A DNA stretch of 64,000 bases from an uncultured Rhabdochlamydiaceae bacterium (GTDB lineage: Bacteria; Chlamydiota; Chlamydiia; Chlamydiales; Rhabdochlamydiaceae). Below are positions 19,500-28,414 of this stretch, piece after piece (the stretch's first letter is position 1; the number at the start of each line of letters is the position of its first letter). The stretch spans positions 864,001-928,000 of the forward strand of contig CAVQHD010000001.1 of assembly GCA_963712275.1 (NCBI GenBank). The letters run 5' to 3'. A program made the translations under genes and the position numbers. The notes beneath the pieces are model-generated. The model was not told where the DNA came from, searched no databases, and saw only the letters and a program-made list of their open reading frames with translations.

Positions 19500-20423
19500 T
19501 TACACCAGAGGCGGATCGAACGCCATCATATTTGGAGGAATCGCCGCTTTAAATTGAAGAGGCGCGCCTGTGATAGGGTGAGTTAAGGAAAGAGAATAAG
19601 CATGAAGGAGCTGCCGAGGGGCTCCATACTTTTCATTAATGGAGGTGCGCCCATAGACAGGATCACCTAGGATCGGGGTGCCGACATGCTTCAGGTGAGC
19701 TCGGATTTGGTGGGTGCGGCCTGTGATAAGCTGCACATCCACCCAAGTTAAATCCCCTTGGACTTTAAGCACTTGGCAGATTGAAGTAGCCTGTTTCCCT
19801 GAAGGGTCAACAGACATCTCTTGGCGGCGCATAGGGTGCCTTTTGAGCGGAGCTTCAATGGAGCGGGACCCAGGGTTCCCGATGCAGAGCGCTAAGTAAT
19901 GCTTTGTCACGGCTCGAGAGGAAAAGAGCTCGACCAATCGTTGATGTGTTTCGGTGGTTTTGGCGGCGATCAGAACACCTGACGTATCTTTATCCAAGCG
20001 ATGAACAATCCCTGGTCTTAGGCTATCTAAATGAGACATAGTTTTGCAGTGGTAGAGAAGAGCGTTGACAAAGGTGCCGCAAGGGTGGCCGGGAGCGGGA
20101 TGGACGACCATGCCAGCTGGTTTATTGACGGCAATCAGGTGGTCATCTTCATACAAAATATCGAGGGGAATATGTTCTGGCTCCAGAGCCATCTCAGGCG
20201 TCAGCTCGAAGCAGACATCGATTTCATCGCCGACATCAACTGTTTCTCTCTTTTTAACGGGGCTTCCATTGACAAGCACAAGCCCTGAGGCAATCAAGTA
20301 TTGAAAATAGGTTCTTGAATAGATTGGAAATGCCTGCACGAGCAGGCGATCTAAACGCGTGTGCACCATCTCGGACGAAACTAAGATCGATTCTGAAGTA
20401 TTAATCTTTGCCTTCAATGACAT
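19500..20423 (-). CDS. rluD: RluA-family pseudouridine synthase with S4 domain
   Basis: RLDRLL S4 region, VNKPAGMVVHP, GIVHRLDKDTSG, TGRTHQIR, ILGDPVYG. Confidence 0.9.
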   Translation of the reverse strand: MSLKAKINTSESILVSSEMVHTRLDRLLVQAFPIYSRTYFQYLIASGLVLVNGSPVKKRETVDVGDEIDVCFELTPEMALEPEHIPLDILYEDDHLIAVNKPAGMVVHPAPGHPCGTFVNALLYHCKTMSHLDSLRPGIVHRLDKDTSGVLIAAKTTETHQRLVELFSSRAVTKHYLALCIGNPGSRSIEAPLKRHPMRRQEMSVDPSGKQATSICQVLKVQGDLTWVDVQLITGRTHQIRAHLKHVGTPILGDPVYGRTSINEKYGAPRQLLHAYSLSLTHPITGAPLQFKAAIPPNMMAFDPPLV

Positions 20424-20697
20424 CTTTAAATTTTCTCGCAGCTTCTTGGGCTTTTTTAAGATCTCGGCTGATTTGACTGTTCATCGCTTGAAACATATTG
20501 TCTCGAAATGCGCCTGCATATTTCATAATATCTCCGAGAGGGGCATTAGGAAAAAGCGAAGCCAGATTTTTGACCCACGGATCCCCTGGCGAAAGAGGCT
20601 TGCCCGGAGCAAGGACATCGCTATCTCTGCCTATTGGAGATGTTGCTTTAGGTTCATTTCCTTGAGGTCCAACTGGAATTGTCATGCTTGCCTCCAA
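20401..20697 (-). CDS. Hypothetical small protein
   Basis: 98-aa ORF overlapping the rluD start; Pro-rich N-terminus, helical C-terminus. Confidence 0.6.
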   Translation of the reverse strand: MEASMTIPVGPQGNEPKATSPIGRDSDVLAPGKPLSPGDPWVKNLASLFPNAPLGDIMKYAGAFRDNMFQAMNSQISRDLKKAQEAARKFKDVIEGKD

Positions 20698-20725
20698 TTT
20701 TCATTATAGCTTATAAAGTCTCTCA

Positions 20726-21121
20726 ATGATAGAAAAAATTGCCATCCGGCTTCTTGCGATTAAAAGCCGAACAACAGAGGAGTTAAGAAAAAAATTAACT
20801 GTAAGAGGGTTTCCTGCGCCTGAGATTGAAGCCGTTATTCAAAAATTTATTAATCAAGGGTATCTGAGTGACGACGAACTGGTTGGAAGACGGTTTCAAG
20901 CTTATTTGGAAAAAGGGTACGGCCCTCATTACATTGCATTAAAATTAAAGCAGCAGGGGCTTCGCATGCCTCCCTATCCAGCGGCTCTTCAAAAACAAGT
21001 CGCCCTAAAGCTTCTGAGAAAAGCCTCCTTTCAAAGCAAAGCTGCTCAAAAAAGAGGGGCCGCTCTGCAGAGGCGGGGCTTTGATCTGGATGTGATCTGC
21101 CAAGTGTGTGTAAAAGGATAA
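20726..21121 (+). CDS. recX: RecX regulatory protein
   Basis: AIRLLAIKSRTTEELRKKL, GYLSD, KGYGP..I..KL.Q.G, LQRRGF. Confidence 0.85.
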   Translation: MIEKIAIRLLAIKSRTTEELRKKLTVRGFPAPEIEAVIQKFINQGYLSDDELVGRRFQAYLEKGYGPHYIALKLKQQGLRMPPYPAALQKQVALKLLRKASFQSKAAQKRGAALQRRGFDLDVICQVCVKG

Positions 21122-21123
21122 AA

Positions 21124-22110
21124 ATGCCGATTGGAGTTTTAGGAATCAGTCATAAATCTGCCCCGCTTGCCTTTCGGGAGCAGGTTGCGCAGGTGTGCAG
21201 TGCCTATCAAGAGCCTGATAAAGTGACCCTTTCCACCTGTAATCGAACCGAAATTTACTTTAGCCATTCCAATTTGGCCGATGTGCAATCCCAGCTTTTT
21301 GCAGAGCTCAAAAGACGTCTTAATCACTCGTTCGAGCATGCCTTTTACACCTTTTTTGGAGAGGAGTGTTTTTATCATCTCCTCTGTGTTGCTTGCGGGC
21401 TCGATAGCGCTCTTTTCTTGGAAACAGGGATCCTTGGACAGGTCAGGCTCTCTTATGAGGCTGCAAGGGCTCAAGGAGCTTTATCATCTCCCATTCATTA
21501 TTTTTTTCAGAAAGCGCTCAAACTCGCAAAAGAGGCTAGGTCCCGTTTCCCCCTTTTCCAGTCGACGCTCCATCTAGAAGGCATGATTTTTCAGCTTGTC
21601 GATTCGATGTTAGGAGAAAATCCCTCTCTTTTGATGGTTGGAAATTCTGACATCAATCGAAAAATCATCCATTATTTTTACCGACGAAAAAAAGGGCGCA
21701 TTACCCTCGTTTCCCGCGATCTGCAAACCGCTTACCCTTTTGCTTGGGACTATGGACTGACCCTAAAAGGGCGGGAAGAACTGGCGCAGGCCTGCCTTTA
21801 TGATGGCATCATCTCTGCAACGCAGATGAGCTCAGCGGAAGGGTACTTGATTTCCTCTTGCCCTCTGGATCACTGCATAAAATTGATGATTGATCTCAGC
21901 GTCCCTCGGAGCATAAACCCTGATGTGGGCCAGCACCTGCCACTCATCAATATGGAGCAAATGGGGGAGCTCTTTGCCAAGGCGCATACCGTTCGCCATG
22001 CAGAAACTGCGCAAGTAAAAAATTTTCTTAACAACTCCGTTCAAGATTATACAAAAAGATTTTATCAAAAACAGTGCTTCCTTTATAATACTTCAAAAAA
22101 GGAATCATGA
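21124..22110 (+). CDS. hemA: Glutamyl-tRNA reductase (short form)
   Basis: GISHKSAPLAFRE, LSTCNRTEIY, ACGLDS, ILGQV, IDLSVPR. Confidence 0.9.
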   Translation: MPIGVLGISHKSAPLAFREQVAQVCSAYQEPDKVTLSTCNRTEIYFSHSNLADVQSQLFAELKRRLNHSFEHAFYTFFGEECFYHLLCVACGLDSALFLETGILGQVRLSYEAARAQGALSSPIHYFFQKALKLAKEARSRFPLFQSTLHLEGMIFQLVDSMLGENPSLLMVGNSDINRKIIHYFYRRKKGRITLVSRDLQTAYPFAWDYGLTLKGREELAQACLYDGIISATQMSSAEGYLISSCPLDHCIKLMIDLSVPRSINPDVGQHLPLINMEQMGELFAKAHTVRHAETAQVKNFLNNSVQDYTKRFYQKQCFLYNTSKKES

Positions 22111-23087
22111 CAGTTCGAATTTTAAATCAAAATAGAGCCGATTTTGCTCAAAGTATTGTGAATGAATTCGACCGTATTCATTTTCCAGGGACTAGAGGGT
22201 TCGATATCGTAGAGCCAAGTCCTCGGAGGCTTGCACTGATAGATGAAAGAAGGGGTATAGATCGTAGTCTTTCTAACGTTATCTCTGAAATTCGATCCGA
22301 AATCGCCCTTCAGTCCATCAATTTTTCACAGTGGAGCGTCATCATAGGAATCACCGATCCGGTACTTGACCCAACTTATCGCAATGAAGCATTGGTTTAT
22401 GGTGCGGCCAAATTAGCCGATAGATTAAACGTTCCAGCCAACTTGGAGATATTAGACAGGTTAAAAGTTTCACTCGAGTCGCAGACGCCTCGAGTGAAAC
22501 TTTTAACCTATGTTTTTGAAGAGGCTTTTAGAAATTTGTCGGTGAAGGAGCAACTTGCGCTTATTGAGAAAATGAGAAGTGAAAAGACAGCCTTAGAAAG
22601 TGCGTCATTTAGAGCTCAAATGGCTTTTCTTAGAGTGCAAGTGATGATAGCTGGCCTTTTTGGCCACCCCAATTCCCCAATGGTAGTTGGAATGCTTTTT
22701 GTAACACTTGCGGGTTTTTTTGTACTAGGAACATGGGGGAATTTTTGCGAGCTGGCTTCTACGTATATTTCAAAAATATTTAAAATAGTTGCTAAGAGAT
22801 TTCCACGAACCAATCCTAGCATAATCTTAAGAGGTTTTGCTTTTTGTTTTATAGGTACTTGTTCAATTGTCTTAGCAACGGAAACCTGGTTTATGAAATG
22901 GGTAACTGAAAATACTCCTCGTGGTGTAACTAACTTAGCAACAGTGACAAGGGAGCGGAGCAATTGGATAAAAAGAGAACTCATATTAAAAGCATACCAA
23001 CTGTGGATGCATTTGATGCAAAACCCTGAAAACTTCTACGACAAGAAAACTTTACCTTACGGAAAAAAAGAAGCATGTCAGGTCTAA
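22107..23087 (+). CDS. Hypothetical membrane protein, tandem paralog 1
   Basis: Shares N- and C-terminal blocks with the next ORF; two hydrophobic segments. Confidence 0.75.
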   Translation: MTVRILNQNRADFAQSIVNEFDRIHFPGTRGFDIVEPSPRRLALIDERRGIDRSLSNVISEIRSEIALQSINFSQWSVIIGITDPVLDPTYRNEALVYGAAKLADRLNVPANLEILDRLKVSLESQTPRVKLLTYVFEEAFRNLSVKEQLALIEKMRSEKTALESASFRAQMAFLRVQVMIAGLFGHPNSPMVVGMLFVTLAGFFVLGTWGNFCELASTYISKIFKIVAKRFPRTNPSIILRGFAFCFIGTCSIVLATETWFMKWVTENTPRGVTNLATVTRERSNWIKRELILKAYQLWMHLMQNPENFYDKKTLPYGKKEACQV

Positions 23088-23992
23088 CTATAAACCAAAA
23101 TAGAGCCAATTTTGTTCAAAGTATTGTGAATGAATTCGACCGTATTCATTTTCCAGGGACCAATATCCTCGATGTCGTCGAGCACAACCCTTGGCAGCTC
23201 GCACTGATAGATGAAAAAAACGGTATAGATCGCAGCCGTTCTGAGCTTCCTCCCGAACTTATGGGTGAAATTGCTGTTCGGGCCGTCAACTTTTCGCACT
23301 GGAGCGTTATCATAGGAATCACCGATCCGATACTCCAGCCTGCTTATCGGGAGGAAATATTGGCTTACGGTGCGGCTAAGTTAGTCGACAGATTGCAAAT
23401 TTCATCCAGATTACAAGCGCCTCGAGTCCAACTTTTAACTTATGTTTTTCAAGAAGCTTTTAAAACAATGTCAGCTGAGCAGCAACTTGCACTGATTGAG
23501 AGAATGAAAGATGAAAAGAAGATTTTAGAAGGGGTATCATTTAGAGTTCGACTGGTCTTTCTTAAGGTGCAAGTGGCGATCGCAGATTTTTTTAGCCATC
23601 GCTACACCTTTATGGCAGTTGGAGTTTTTTCCGTGATTGCTGTGTCTCTCTTTCTAGGATGTATAATAGCCAAGCTTCGGAACCGGGCTATCGAGAATGA
23701 TTTCAAGATCCATAGCTCGGCTAGGCATGCGAAGGTTTCGTGGATTACAGCCATTGGAGGTATAATCCCCTTTATCATTCTTCCTCTTCTTGAAGAGATT
23801 GTAAAATCTGCCACGGTGCAAGGTTGGCTTGCTAGCCAGATAGAGAATATAACTAATCATTCTTTAACCACCTTATCGACTCTGGCAAGAGAGCAGAGTA
23901 ATGGGACCAAAAAAGAACTCATATTAAAAGCATACCAACTGTGGATGCATTTAATGCAAAATCCCGAGAGCTTCTACGACAAGAAAGCTTAG
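23075..23992 (+). CDS. Hypothetical membrane protein, tandem paralog 2
   Basis: NQNRA.F.QSIVNEFDRIHFPGT and KELILKAYQLWMHLMQNPE.FYDKK shared with the previous ORF. Confidence 0.75.
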   Translation: MSGLTINQNRANFVQSIVNEFDRIHFPGTNILDVVEHNPWQLALIDEKNGIDRSRSELPPELMGEIAVRAVNFSHWSVIIGITDPILQPAYREEILAYGAAKLVDRLQISSRLQAPRVQLLTYVFQEAFKTMSAEQQLALIERMKDEKKILEGVSFRVRLVFLKVQVAIADFFSHRYTFMAVGVFSVIAVSLFLGCIIAKLRNRAIENDFKIHSSARHAKVSWITAIGGIIPFIILPLLEEIVKSATVQGWLASQIENITNHSLTTLSTLAREQSNGTKKELILKAYQLWMHLMQNPESFYDKKA

Positions 23993-24161
23993 AAGCTGTC
24001 TTAAAACTCAGTTTCTGTCGATTTTTGGGGCTTTTTGAGCCAATTTTCGCTTTATTTGGTGGGGGTTATATCAACTTTCGTATATTACCCCCACCAAATA
24101 AAGCGAAAATTAGCCAAAAATCCTCCAAAAAGCGACGAAACCTGAGTTTTAAGACAGCTTC
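23992..24161. mobile_element. MITE-like palindromic element family B (170 bp) with TTA target duplication
   Basis: 20-bp TIR GAAGCTGTCTTAAAACTCAG / CTGAGTTTTAAGACAGCTTC; inner stem aattttcgctttatttggtgggg / ccccaccaaataaagcgaaaatt; TTA at 23989-23991 and 24162-24164. Confidence 0.85.
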
Positions 24162-24458
24162 TTAGAGGGATGTCACTTGACTCGGAGTTAAGTAGAGGGT
24201 TTCTTCAGGAGGCGGTTGGTTGCGATTCAGAAACAGCCGCACAAGACAGGCGCAAGGCGTTAGAATTGCTGTAGCGATCCCTATCCAACCAAGTATTTCG
24301 CCAAAGGTTACGTAAGGTGTCATTTTTGCAAAGACGGTGCCGATTGCAACCAAGATAATGGTTGCAAAGACGGTGATGGCTTCATATCGGCCTGGTACAA
24401 GCAAACAGGCGCATGGAGAAGGACGAGGTCCAGGATCTGAGATGATTCGAAGAGACAT
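24162..24458 (-). CDS. Small protein with bilobed hydrophobic domain (Inc-like candidate)
   Basis: 98 aa, two adjacent hydrophobic helices. Confidence 0.55.
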   Translation of the reverse strand: MSLRIISDPGPRPSPCACLLVPGRYEAITVFATIILVAIGTVFAKMTPYVTFGEILGWIGIATAILTPCACLVRLFLNRNQPPPEETLYLTPSQVTSL

Positions 24459-24465
24459 TGTTTTA

Positions 24466-25158
24466 TCAAGCGTTTAAAAGGTTTAAGAGCAAGTGCCCTC
24501 CGTGAAAAGGGAGTCGAATGAGCAAAGCAACTGGAGCGCCGACGACCTTGAGAACTGAGTTTTGCTCAGGGTGGAAATAGTTGAAGAGTGTTGCACAAGC
24601 AGAGGTTCCTGCTACCACCACTCCGATAGCTTCCTTACGGTAATCTCGCTTCACGATTTGGTAAAGGGAGGGAGGAGATGGAGTTAAGGCTTTGGATAAC
24701 TCAGAGTTGACTTTAGCACAGGCTTGGATGACTCGAATGACATCTTGGAGCGTCAGAGAGCGTGAGGTTGAAGGAGAGCACCGAGGATGGACAAATCCTT
24801 TCCTCTCTTGATCAAAAAAGAGCTGAGGGTTGGGAAGGGATTCAAGGCATGCTGAGCATTGAGTTGTCCCGTCGGAAGCTTGGTGAAGTGCTTGAAGTGT
24901 TGTTTCCGGCATTTTCTGAAGGGCTTCTACAAAAATGTCCCACATCACCGTTAAATCTTTTCCTGCTTGATGCTGGTAACAGACATGTCTACAGGTCGGG
25001 CAAGAACCTTTGGAGGAGGTCGCCCATGATCTTAAACAATTTTGGTGAAAAACATGAGAACATGTTGTCACAACGTAGTCCCCTTTGCTGATAGGAAAGT
25101 CCATGGACGTAAATGAGGAGGAGCAGTTCAAACACCGATTTAAAGCTTGAAGGGCCAT
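24466..25158 (-). CDS. RING-H2 finger protein with a second partial Zn motif and hydrophobic C-terminus
   Basis: CLNC...CSHVFHQNC...W...CPTCR; CSAC...HPRC. Confidence 0.85.
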   Translation of the reverse strand: MALQALNRCLNCSSSFTSMDFPISKGDYVVTTCSHVFHQNCLRSWATSSKGSCPTCRHVCYQHQAGKDLTVMWDIFVEALQKMPETTLQALHQASDGTTQCSACLESLPNPQLFFDQERKGFVHPRCSPSTSRSLTLQDVIRVIQACAKVNSELSKALTPSPPSLYQIVKRDYRKEAIGVVVAGTSACATLFNYFHPEQNSVLKVVGAPVALLIRLPFHGGHLLLNLLNA

Positions 25159-25703
25159 AGTGCACCGAGGGTGAATTTGTTACTTGGTTCAGGAGTGAAT
25201 TTTTTCTTTAGTTCAGGATAGAGCAAGCAGAGTTGCTTTGTGAGATGTGCCAAATCAAGCACAGAAACAGCTTTTTTTTCGAGGGAGGTGGTGGTTGCAA
25301 CACAGTCGGTGTGAGCAAAACGCTCCACAGAAGTGAGATAAACAAGGTGGGGGTCGGGAAGATCTTCTAGGCATGTGGAACATTCATCGACATCTTGAGA
25401 AATAGAGGAGCGGGGCTCTTCGCGGTTGAAGATTTCGGTGACTTGATTGGGATATTTGTCGGAAGCGATTCGAAACGCGTCCCATACTGCTTCAACCCAT
25501 TTTCCCGCTTGCCGCCTTTGAATAGGCGCCTGACAATTGGGACATGGTTTTTGAGATTGTGTGAGCCATTCTGCCAAACAAGCTTTGTGAACTATCTTAT
25601 AGCAGCAGACCGTGAGGATAAACTCCTTTTCATCAAGGGGAGAAGAAAACGTTTTTTGACAGGTGTAACATTGGCTAAGAGAAGATGTTGCTCTAACGCT
25701 CAT
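25140..25703 (-). CDS. RING-finger-like protein, paralog of the adjacent gene
   Basis: CYTC...CC...HKAC..W...CPNCQ; CSTC...HTDC; start taken at ATG 25703. Confidence 0.8.
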   Translation of the reverse strand: MSVRATSSLSQCYTCQKTFSSPLDEKEFILTVCCYKIVHKACLAEWLTQSQKPCPNCQAPIQRRQAGKWVEAVWDAFRIASDKYPNQVTEIFNREEPRSSISQDVDECSTCLEDLPDPHLVYLTSVERFAHTDCVATTTSLEKKAVSVLDLAHLTKQLCLLYPELKKKFTPEPSNKFTLGALWPFKL

Positions 25704-25769
25704 ATCAAACCTCCTGTCCACCAACTATACAATATTTAATTTTAGAAGAAATCAAAAACTTATTTTCTC

Positions 25770-26103
25770 GTAACTATTCACCTACCTCCCATTTAGAGGT
25801 AGAGAAAAAAAGATCGGGTACGGTAACGTTCACGAAAGAAGTTCCCTGGCCATTTTTATTAACATTGAAACGAAACGTCACCTTCGGGCTATATTCAGTG
25901 GTACCGATGTACCGGCCCGTTGAAATTGATCCGCTAGGTAAGTTCTGCCTCGAGGTAGGTGCTCGACAATGGTATCTATCAAAATCACCAACTCTATTGC
26001 TGTTTGATAGGGGATAAAAATTTGACTGAGTTTTCTTTCGTGAACGTTACCGTGCCCGATCTTTTTTCCTCTACCTCTAAATGGGGGGTAGGTAAATAGT
26101 TGC
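25770..26103. mobile_element. Family C: 334-bp non-autonomous element with 71-bp TIRs and 8-bp target duplication
   Basis: 25770-25840 vs reverse complement of 26033-26103 differ at 5 positions; ATTTTCTC at 25762-25769 and 26104-26111. Confidence 0.9.
25878..26010 (-). pseudogene. Four-helix-bundle (23S rRNA IVP-like) gene fragment inside element C
   Basis: YQTAIELVILIDTIVEHLPRGRTYLADQFQRAGTSVPLNIA; removing one C restores the family motif NIAEG. Confidence 0.85.
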
Positions 26104-26110
26104 ATTTTCT

Positions 26111-27499
26111 CTAAAATTCTGCGTGGCCTGGGTAGCGTGGAAAAGGGATCACATCTCGGATGTTTTCCATGCCGGTAGCAAATTGCACGAGTCGCTCAAA
26201 GCCTGCGCCAAAACCTGCATGGGGAACTGTTCCAAAACGGCGGAGCTGCAAATACCAGTCATAATCGTCTAGCCGGAGCCCCTGATGAAGGATTTTATCT
26301 CGAAGGGTATCGAACCTCTCTTCCCGCTGGCTTCCTCCGATGAGCTCGCCAATTTTAGGAACGAGCACATCCATCGCTGCGACTGTTTTTTCATCGGGGT
26401 TGAGTCGCATATAAAACGATTTAATTTTCGCGGGATAGTCGGTCAAGATCACGGGTTTTTTACAATATTCTTCAGCGAGAAACCGTTCATGTTCAGACTG
26501 AAGATCGGCGCCCCAATTGACGGGAAATTCAAAGTTTTTGCCCGATTTGTTCAAGATGTCGATTGCCTCGGTATAGGTGAGTTGGGCAAAAGGAGAGGAA
26601 ACGACGTGCTCAAGGCGGGAGATCACCCCTTTTTCAATAAAAGCGTCAAAAAATTCAAGATCGGGAAGGCATCGATTGAGCACAGCTTGGATGATAAATT
26701 TAAGATAATGCTCAGCAAGCTCCATGTTGTCTTTTAGGTCGGCAAAAGCCATTTCAGGTTCGATCATCCAAAATTCGGCTAGATGACGAGAGGTATTTGA
26801 ATTTTCCGCCCGGAATGTGGGTCCGAATGTGTAGATATCGGAGAGGGCGGAGGCAAGCGCTTCTCCTTCGAGCTGTCCGGAGACGGTTAAATAGGTCGGT
26901 CGGTGGAAAAAATCTTTGGAGTAGTCGATTGATCCATCGGCGATTTTAGGGAGCTGGGAGAGGGGAAGTGAGGTGACATTGAACTGCTGTCCGCCTCCTT
27001 CGCAATCCGATCCTGTGATAATGGGGGTCTGTACGTAGAGGAATCCTTGCTGCTGAAAAAATTCATGGGAAGCAAAGGCAAGCGAGTTTCGAACCCGCTG
27101 CACGGCTCCTTGTGTGTTTGTTCGAGGCCGAAGATGCGCAATCGTTCGAAGAAATTCAAACGAGTGTTGCTTTTTTTGCAGTGGGTATTCCTCCGCCGGG
27201 CAAAGACCCAAGATCTCCACATGAGAGGCTTTGAGTTCCCATTTTTGCTTAGCTCCGGGGCTTTCCACCAAGGTTCCTTCAAATCGAACCGACGCGCCGG
27301 TGGTCAAATCCCTCAGCAGAGCCTCATACCCTGTAAGGGAGTTTTCTAAAACAACCTGAATCCCCTTCAAGGTTGATCCGTCATTAAGCTCGACGAAGGC
27401 AAAGCTTTTTTGCGACCGAACTGTGCGAACCCATCCGAAAAGAGTAACCGTTTTTCCCAGATGGTGAGAGGTGATTTGATTGATTTTAAGCCGTTTCAT
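26111..27499 (-). CDS. asnS: Asparagine--tRNA ligase
   Basis: [62 protein letters not shown]. Confidence 0.97.
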   Translation of the reverse strand: MKRLKINQITSHHLGKTVTLFGWVRTVRSQKSFAFVELNDGSTLKGIQVVLENSLTGYEALLRDLTTGASVRFEGTLVESPGAKQKWELKASHVEILGLCPAEEYPLQKKQHSFEFLRTIAHLRPRTNTQGAVQRVRNSLAFASHEFFQQQGFLYVQTPIITGSDCEGGGQQFNVTSLPLSQLPKIADGSIDYSKDFFHRPTYLTVSGQLEGEALASALSDIYTFGPTFRAENSNTSRHLAEFWMIEPEMAFADLKDNMELAEHYLKFIIQAVLNRCLPDLEFFDAFIEKGVISRLEHVVSSPFAQLTYTEAIDILNKSGKNFEFPVNWGADLQSEHERFLAEEYCKKPVILTDYPAKIKSFYMRLNPDEKTVAAMDVLVPKIGELIGGSQREERFDTLRDKILHQGLRLDDYDWYLQLRRFGTVPHAGFGAGFERLVQFATGMENIRDVIPFPRYPGHAEF

Positions 27500-28353
27500 G
27501 CAAAGTCTCTGAGAAGTTGGATTTCTTTTTTCCAGATGGAAGGTTCAGGGGTTTCAAGATATTTAGGGAGGTCGTAGAGGGCGGGATGCTCCATCATCGC
27601 TTGAAACCCTTTAAGGCCAATGAGTCCTTTTCCTAAGGAGGCATGCCGATCAACACGGGATCCTAGAGGTTTGACTGAATCGTTCACATGCAGGGCATAA
27701 AGATGTTTTAAACCGACCTGCTCATCAAATTCCTCCAGCACGGCATTCCACCCTTTCCGATCAGAAATGTCATAGCCAGCTGCAAAAAGATGGCAGGTGT
27801 CTAGGCAGACGCCGATTTTTAATTTGCGGTGGAGGCGGTGGATCAAAAATCCCAGGTGTTTAAAGGTGTGGCCAACGGATGACCCTTGACCTGCTGTTGA
27901 CTCAATCAGAAGACGGGTGGGTCCCTGGTCTACCAAAGACTCAAACATCAGGAGACTTTGGGCGATAGTCTCCAGGCACTCTTCTTCGGAGGAGTCAAGG
28001 GCAGCGCCTGGGTGAAAATTTAAAAATGTCAGTTCTAGAGCATGGCACCGCTTAATTTCTTGCTCAAACGCGTTACGGCTTTTATGCAGCCCTTCTGCGT
28101 GAGGAGAGCCTAGATTAATCAGATAGCTGTCGTGGCTCATCGGTTTTTGAATGCCTGTCTCTTCTAAGGTCTTTTTCCAAAGGGTGATTTCCTTGTCTGA
28201 AATCGTTTTTCCTCGCCATGTTTTTTGGTTGGCGGTGAAAAACTGGATGGTTGTGGCTCCAATGGCCTTTCCTTCGAGAAGCGCGTTATGGGCGCCTCCT
28301 TGAGCAGACGTATGGGCTCCAATTAAAAGTTTGTCAGCGGGTGTTTTCTTCAC
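27496..28353 (-). CDS. nfo: Endonuclease IV
   Basis: [48 protein letters not shown] start at 28353 preferred. Confidence 0.95.
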   Translation of the reverse strand: MKKTPADKLLIGAHTSAQGGAHNALLEGKAIGATTIQFFTANQKTWRGKTISDKEITLWKKTLEETGIQKPMSHDSYLINLGSPHAEGLHKSRNAFEQEIKRCHALELTFLNFHPGAALDSSEEECLETIAQSLLMFESLVDQGPTRLLIESTAGQGSSVGHTFKHLGFLIHRLHRKLKIGVCLDTCHLFAAGYDISDRKGWNAVLEEFDEQVGLKHLYALHVNDSVKPLGSRVDRHASLGKGLIGLKGFQAMMEHPALYDLPKYLETPEPSIWKKEIQLLRDFA

Positions 28354-28414
28354 AAAATCCTTTAAAAGAATGCAATTGTAGAACATAGTCAAGATCTTCT
28401 CAACGGTGTTTTTA

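Noticed and set aside
25770..26103. Diversity-generating retroelement, suggested by the Avd-like fragment
   Set aside because: No reverse transcriptase and no template/variable direct-repeat pair with adenine-specific differences in the window
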